Shown piece after piece: positions 55,038 to 59,697 of a stretch of 59,697 nt of DNA. Below the pieces are notes generated by a model that saw only the letters and a program-made list of their open reading frames with translations, searched no databases and was not told the DNA's origin. A program made the position numbers and the translations under genes. The stretch spans positions 1 through 59,697 of the forward strand of contig DAOWHH010000010.1 of the NCBI GenBank assembly GCA_030641525.1, given 5' to 3'. Numbering within the stretch: position 1 is the first letter of the stretch; each line of letters starts with the position of its first letter. The stretch comes from a bacterium. Lineage in GTDB: Bacteria; Patescibacteriota; Minisyncoccia; Phycocordibacterales; UBA12079.

Positions 55038-55070
55038 TATTTATTGTGGTTAATTATTAAAATCTAAGTA

Positions 55071-55922
55071 ATGAAAATAATTACAACTATACCAATATAT
55101 AGAAATAATTTTCAAAAACCTCTTATATTTTTTTCTAATTTTGGTTTTTCAATAGGGTCAATAATCTTAATCCCCTTTTCTAAAACCGAAAAACCAGCAA
55201 TAATTATTGATATTTCTGATCTTAAAGAGAGTAAATTCTTTTTAAGAAAAAATAAAATTGATATAAAAAACATAGATAACCCTTTTGAATTAAAATTTCT
55301 CTCTAAAGAAATTGTAGAAAATTTATACAAATGGTCTAAAAAATTAAATAAACCTATAGAAGAAGTTTTCAAAAAAACCATCCCCAAAAAAACAACCAAA
55401 ACTCTAAATAATATCCGGAGGTCCAACCTCCGACAAAACCTCTGGAGGTCCAACCTCCGGCAATTGAAAGCTGAGCATAGCGAAGTCCGCCTCAAGCAAG
55501 AAGTGGATGAAAATAATATCCAAAAGATAAGGAAATCAATCAATTTAGAATTTATTAATAAAAAACTTCAACCTGCCCACCGGCAGATAGGAAATATAAT
55601 TCAAAAAAAAGAAACTAAAACTAAAAAACCTAGAGAAATAAAAACTATTCAATCTATTCTTTCACAAAAAAAGCCCAAAAAATCCTCTTTGCACTCAGAA
55701 AAACATTATTTAGTAGACGAAATCAGAAATTATTTTGGAGAAAAAGAATCTAAAGGAAAAGGATCTTTTAGTTTTTATTTAGGATTCTTTAAGCGAATTC
55801 CTGAAGCTACTATTTATCAATATTGGTCAGAAGTCAAAGAAAGTCGTAAATCAATCAAAGATCAACAAAAAATATTTTGGTGGAAAATTGGCCAATACCT
55901 AAAAAATAAAAATCAAAAATAA
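55071..55922 (+). CDS. Hypothetical protein with PriA-N-terminal-like region, no helicase core; carries an in-frame palindromic-element insertion
   Basis: The N-terminus MKIITTIPIYRNNFQKPLIFFSNFGFSIGSIILIPFSKTEKPAIIIDI resembles the PriA 3'-DNA-binding domain. It occupies the position upstream of def-fmt that priA holds in many bacteria. There is no Walker A. The middle encodes RRSNLRQNLWRSNLRQ, derived from repeat DNA. Confidence 0.5.
   Translation: MKIITTIPIYRNNFQKPLIFFSNFGFSIGSIILIPFSKTEKPAIIIDISDLKESKFFLRKNKIDIKNIDNPFELKFLSKEIVENLYKWSKKLNKPIEEVFKKTIPKKTTKTLNNIRRSNLRQNLWRSNLRQLKAEHSEVRLKQEVDENNIQKIRKSINLEFINKKLQPAHRQIGNIIQKKETKTKKPREIKTIQSILSQKKPKKSSLHSEKHYLVDEIRNYFGEKESKGKGSFSFYLGFFKRIPEATIYQYWSEVKESRKSIKDQQKIFWWKIGQYLKNKNQK
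55414..55460. repeat. Two CCGGAGGTCCAACCTCCG units inside the CDS
   Basis: TCCGGAGGTCCAACCTCCGACAAAACCTCTGGAGGTCCAACCTCCGG. Same sequence family as the intergenic palindromes. Confidence 0.9.
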
Positions 55923-55933
55923 ATCCGTAGAAA

Positions 55934-55953
55934 TCCGGAGGTTGAACCTCCGA
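55934..55953. repeat. GC-rich palindrome (CCTCCGGAGG family), short unit
   Basis: TCCGGAGGT-TGA-ACCTCCGA followed by ATTTT. Confidence 0.8.
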
Positions 55954-55992
55954 ATTTTGACAAATATCTTATTTTATGGGAATATTAAAGTA

Positions 55993-56487
55993 ATGTTTGA
56001 AATATTACAAAAAGGCAATAAAATTTTAGAAAAAAAAGCCAAAGAAATTATATTGGAGAATATTTCTGGTTCCGAAATTAAAAATATAATTTCAGAAATG
56101 AAAGATATTATTAAAAATACTAATGATGCAGTTGCTCTATCAAGTCCTCAAATAGGTAAATCTTTAAGAATCTTTATTGTATCTAAAAAGATTTTTAATG
56201 ATGAAGAAAACAATGATCATTTAGTTTTTATAAATCCCAAAATTATCAAAACATCTAAAGATAAAGCTTGGCTTGAAGAAGGATGTTTAAGTGTTAGAAA
56301 TATATACGGAGAAGTTGAAAGGTTTAAAAAAACCACAATAAGAGCTTATGATGAAAATGGAAAAATATTTACATTTGGAGGTAGTGGTTTATTAGCTCAA
56401 GTTTTTCAACACGAAATAGATCATCTTAATGGAATTTTATTTACAGATAAAGCTAGAAATATTAAAGAAGTGTTAGTTAACGAATAA
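55993..56487 (+). CDS. def: Peptide deformylase
   Basis: Start set at ATG 55993 (MFEILQKGNKIL). EGCLS and QHEIDHLNG motifs. Confidence 0.93.
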   Translation: MFEILQKGNKILEKKAKEIILENISGSEIKNIISEMKDIIKNTNDAVALSSPQIGKSLRIFIVSKKIFNDEENNDHLVFINPKIIKTSKDKAWLEEGCLSVRNIYGEVERFKKTTIRAYDENGKIFTFGGSGLLAQVFQHEIDHLNGILFTDKARNIKEVLVNE

Positions 56488-56495
56488 ATATATTA

Positions 56496-57368
56496 ATGGA
56501 AAAAATAAATACTAAATCAAATATTGTTTTTTTTGGAAGTCCTGAATTTTCAATATGTATTTTAAAAGGATTAAAAGATAAAAATATATTACCTTCATTG
56601 ATTATAACTATGCCAGATAGAGCTACTGGTAGAAAACTCAAAATCACTCCCCCGCCTGTCAAAATTTGGGCTGATAAAAATCAGATACCAACAATACAAC
56701 CAGAAAAATTAGATAATGATTTTATAGATAAATTAAAGAAAGAAAAAAGAGATTTATTTCTTATAGCAGCCTATGGAAAAATAATTCCTCAAGAAATTTT
56801 AGATATACCTAAATTAGGAACATTAAATGTTCATCCTTCATTACTTCCCAAATATAGAGGAGCTACTCCAATTCATAGTGTGATTTTAAATGGAGAAAAG
56901 GAAACGGGGGTATCAATTATGCTTATAGATGCGAAAATGGATCATGGGCCTATTATAAAACAAGAAAAAATAAGTCTTTATAAAAATTCTATCTCTGAAT
57001 TAACCACTAAAATTGAATTAGAAAAAGAATTAGCAATTTTGGGAGGAAAAATGCTTGCTGATATTATTCCTAAATGGATAAATAACCCTAATTCTACGGA
57101 CGGGCAAGGAGAAATAAAAGCTGAAGAACAAAATCATGAAAAAGCCACTTATTGTACAAAATTAAAATCAGATGATGGGTTAATAGACTTAAACGACAAT
57201 CCAGAATTAAATTTCAAAAAAATACGAGCATTCGATAAATGGCCCAGAGCCCATTTTTTCAAAAATGATAAAAGAATCATCATTAAAAAAGCTCGTTTAG
57301 AAAATGGAAAATTAATCATCGACAGAATTCTACCAGAAGGAGGTAAAGAAATCGCTTACATAAAATAA
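56496..57368 (+). CDS. fmt: Methionyl-tRNA formyltransferase
   Basis: VFFGSPEF, LNVHPSLLPKYRGATPI and the C-terminal domain. Confidence 0.92.
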   Translation: MEKINTKSNIVFFGSPEFSICILKGLKDKNILPSLIITMPDRATGRKLKITPPPVKIWADKNQIPTIQPEKLDNDFIDKLKKEKRDLFLIAAYGKIIPQEILDIPKLGTLNVHPSLLPKYRGATPIHSVILNGEKETGVSIMLIDAKMDHGPIIKQEKISLYKNSISELTTKIELEKELAILGGKMLADIIPKWINNPNSTDGQGEIKAEEQNHEKATYCTKLKSDDGLIDLNDNPELNFKKIRAFDKWPRAHFFKNDKRIIIKKARLENGKLIIDRILPEGGKEIAYIK

Positions 57369-57370
57369 AT

Positions 57371-57420
57371 AAAAATCTCCGGAGGTCCAACCTCCGGAGG
57401 TTGGACCTCCGGAGATTTTT
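57371..57420. repeat. GC-rich compound palindrome (CCTCCGGAGG family), double unit
   Basis: AAAAATCTCCGGAGGTCCAACCTCCGGAGGTTGGACCTCCGGAGATTTTT. Same 48 nt as the copy at 10481. Between convergent genes. Confidence 0.9.
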
Positions 57421-57434
57421 ATTTATTTTATAGA

Positions 57435-58907
57435 TTATAATTCTCTTATCAATTCAAATATTTTCAACATTGCTTCAGTATCTAATTCACAATATTTTAA
57501 TAGATTTTCTCTAATCTTTTTTTTTCTATTAACATCCTTTTCACCCAATAATTCTTCCCAAGCAGACATAGCCATTGTTCCATCTTGCACATCTAAATCT
57601 TTATAAGAAAGTTCTGGAATTAAAACAGGTAATACTTTTTTAATAGAAGCACTTCCGTAAAATCTTGGATCTAAATAATCTTTTTGAAAAATTATTTTTA
57701 AATCAAAAATTCTTCTATTGATATCCTCAAAAAACCCTTTAAATTTAGGGTGTAATTTACCTAATTCATCATTTCTACCTTTTTCAAATGTTTGATGCCA
57801 AACTATCACTGTTCCAATATTCCCTATATTTTGCTTTAAAGATTCAACTAATCCTTCGGTGGATGTCTCTAAATCATCAGCTAAATATTCAAAATGTTTT
57901 AATTTCCCATCTTTCTCTAAAATATGAAGAGAATATTGAAAAACAATTTGTTGATTAGGATTATATCCATCTAATTGAGGAATCGGTTTTAAAAGAGTTT
58001 CATAATCCAAAAAATATAAAGGATATTGTAAATCACTTAAAGTATCTCTTATGTTTTCAATATTTATCTGTTCAACACCTATCTTTTGTAAATTTACTTT
58101 TAGCCTTTGAGGATCCGTCAATTTAAAATCATCAGGAATATCTTTAGGATCAAAAATATTATTATCAATTAATTCCATTAATTTTTTTCCTCGTAAAATA
58201 TGAGCTGTAGAATATTCTGGTACTTGAGGATTAAAATAAGAAAAACTATCACATCTTTGTCCAGCACTTTTATACAAACAAGAACAAGAAGTAATTTTCA
58301 AATCATCTTCTTTTAATAAATCCAAAGCTTTTTCAATATGAAAAGAAACCTCAGGATAAACTTCATTAATTTGTTCTGAAACTTCTGCAAAAATAAATAA
58401 TTTAGATAAATCCAAATCCCCTTTTCTCACGTAATCTCTATTTAAATGCACTATATATGAATTCCCTACTTCAATACTAGCTCTTTCTAAAGTAATTTTT
58501 TGAAAACAAATATCTTTGATATGATTATGAGCTAAATCAGTCTTAATTTCAGAACTAGATTTTACTTCATATAAATCCCATTTTTGAGTTTCATCATTAA
58601 ATTTTAGAATATCCACCATCACAAAAAGCCCCTCTTCTGTTTTAAAAGTAGCTTGAAAAATAATTCCTTTATTTTTTAGAGCTTCTTGAGTTTTTTTTAC
58701 CAAAACATCATCCCCTATTTCATCTATAAGTACTCCTGACGGAAATAATTCTCTAACTTTTTCTTCCACATCATAACCATCTTGAATTAATTTTTTTAAA
58801 AAATCAGTCATTTCTCCTCCTTTAAATTCTTCAGGTTTTTTCTTTTCTAACCAAAAAGATTCGGGACAAATTAAATATTTTTTAAATTCAGTTTTTGTTA
58901 ATTTCAT
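57435..58907 (-). CDS. DUF2779-family protein (PD-(D/E)XK/Cas4-like nuclease N-domain plus exonuclease-like C-domain)
   Basis: N-terminal LTKTEFKKYLICPESFWL, a Cys cluster CSCLYKSAGQRCDSF, and YFLDYETL in the C-terminal half. Confidence 0.65.
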   Translation of the reverse strand: MKLTKTEFKKYLICPESFWLEKKKPEEFKGGEMTDFLKKLIQDGYDVEEKVRELFPSGVLIDEIGDDVLVKKTQEALKNKGIIFQATFKTEEGLFVMVDILKFNDETQKWDLYEVKSSSEIKTDLAHNHIKDICFQKITLERASIEVGNSYIVHLNRDYVRKGDLDLSKLFIFAEVSEQINEVYPEVSFHIEKALDLLKEDDLKITSCSCLYKSAGQRCDSFSYFNPQVPEYSTAHILRGKKLMELIDNNIFDPKDIPDDFKLTDPQRLKVNLQKIGVEQINIENIRDTLSDLQYPLYFLDYETLLKPIPQLDGYNPNQQIVFQYSLHILEKDGKLKHFEYLADDLETSTEGLVESLKQNIGNIGTVIVWHQTFEKGRNDELGKLHPKFKGFFEDINRRIFDLKIIFQKDYLDPRFYGSASIKKVLPVLIPELSYKDLDVQDGTMAMSAWEELLGEKDVNRKKKIRENLLKYCELDTEAMLKIFELIREL

Positions 58908-59010
58908 ATAATTTTTATGTTGTTTATAAGTTATTGACTTTTTTTTTATTTCCTATATTATATAAGTATAAATTCCTTCGGGATCGCCCTCATTTTGAGG
59001 GAGTTAAAAT

Positions 59011-59424
59011 TTAAGAAAAATCAGTAAGTTTTAATAACTTACTGATTTTTCTTTTTAAACCTTTAAAATCAGGATTAGAAATAACACCCTTTTTATTAAC
59101 TAATCTTTTAGCGTCTAAAAGTCTGATTTGAGATAAAATAGCCCCATTCTCTTTATTATTAAAGATAAACCTAAAATGAAATTGGTTATTTTTAGGTTTA
59201 GTAGTTAATGGAATACACAAAAATATATCATTATTAAATTTTTTTAAAATAATTACAGGTCTAGCAAAATCAGTATTTTTCCCATTCTGTTCGTAACCAA
59301 TATTTTTACCTAATTGAACATAAAAAATGTCTCTTTCTTTATAAAAAATATTTTTATCTTTTTCCTCTATTATTTTTTTAAGTTGATTCCATTTATCAAA
59401 ATCTTTTTCATGTTCTTGTTTCAT
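59011..59424 (-). CDS. PemK/MazF-family toxin, no adjacent antitoxin ORF
   Basis: RDIFYVQLGKNIGYEQNGKNTDFARPVIILKKFNNDIFLCIPLTTK fits the MazF fold signature. TATAAT-like -10 upstream. No ORF lies between it and the IS fragment. Confidence 0.75.
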   Translation of the reverse strand: MKQEHEKDFDKWNQLKKIIEEKDKNIFYKERDIFYVQLGKNIGYEQNGKNTDFARPVIILKKFNNDIFLCIPLTTKPKNNQFHFRFIFNNKENGAILSQIRLLDAKRLVNKKGVISNPDFKGLKRKISKLLKLTDFS

Positions 59425-59563
59425 AAATATAGGTATTTTATTATTAAATGATAGGTTCCCAAGTAGGGAGTACCTACATTATATAAAATAAAAATACACA
59501 AAACAACCCTATTTAAAATAAGAATACATGATTTTAGTTTGGTCAATAAGTTATTTCTTGAAT

Positions 59564-59697
59564 TCAACCTCTTACTGCAACACTTCTAAAAACTTCTAAT
59601 GGGGTTTTCCAACCAAGTCGTTTTCTCGGTCGGTTGTTTAGAGCATTTTCGACAAATCTAATCTCTTTGTTTGTTATTGTATCAAAATCAGTTCTCT
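59564..59697 (-). mobile_element. IS30-family transposase, C-terminal end only (continues off-window)
   Basis: The minus-strand translation ...DFDTITNKEIRFVENALNNRPRKRLGWKTPLEVFRSVAVRG* contains the characteristic LNNRPRK.LG.KTP motif. Confidence 0.8.

Noticed and set aside
55112-55543. 143-aa minus-strand ORF opposite the PriA-N-like gene.
   Set aside because: It is kept open largely by the palindromic repeat, which reads similarly on both strands. It has no SD or promoter, and the plus-strand ORF has synteny support.

Overview
The window is strongly AT-rich (roughly 30% G+C by eye, not computed) and tightly packed. It reads under the standard bacterial code, with long ORFs such as dnaE (1054 aa from ATG 27694) left intact. 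The gene content and style suggest a reduced-genome bacterium of the Patescibacteria/CPR type; that taxonomic call is inference only. The backbone is housekeeping: pyrF-pyrE; dnaX, dnaE and holB; rnc; a nusB fusion; rpmF; the cell-envelope genes murJ, mraY, murA, mreB and a D-Ala-D-Ala carboxypeptidase; scpAB; rmuC; alaS; def-fmt; and tRNA-Asn, tRNA-Gln and tRNA-Glu. Several accessory islets are interspersed. (1) A restriction-modification islet sits beside tRNA-Asn (1-2551), and its methyltransferase frame runs on from a LexA/S24-like segment. (2) A run of small orphan genes at 3.2-7.5 kb each has its own promoter and terminator. (3) A ~10 kb same-strand cluster (11957-21554) combines two Cache/HAMP sensors, a histidine kinase and two receiver-only regulators. 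It also holds a 1045-aa Fn3-repeat protein ending in a dockerin, a membrane-anchored cohesin protein, and a 3 x 87-bp tandem duplication of the cohesin gene start region. (4) Toxin-antitoxin-like pairs are present (DUF4258/DUF2283, HicAB), plus a solitary MazF-like toxin next to a DUF2779 nuclease and an IS30 transposase fragment. Two families of intergenic palindromic elements are dispersed through the window. One is GC-rich and built on CCTCCGGAGG, and one copy lies in-frame inside a CDS. The other is a long imperfect hairpin with a conserved AAAATCGC-TTTG-CGATTTT core. There are two unassigned structured-RNA candidates, and the tRNA-Glu 3' end is duplicated. No CRISPR array or rRNA was seen.
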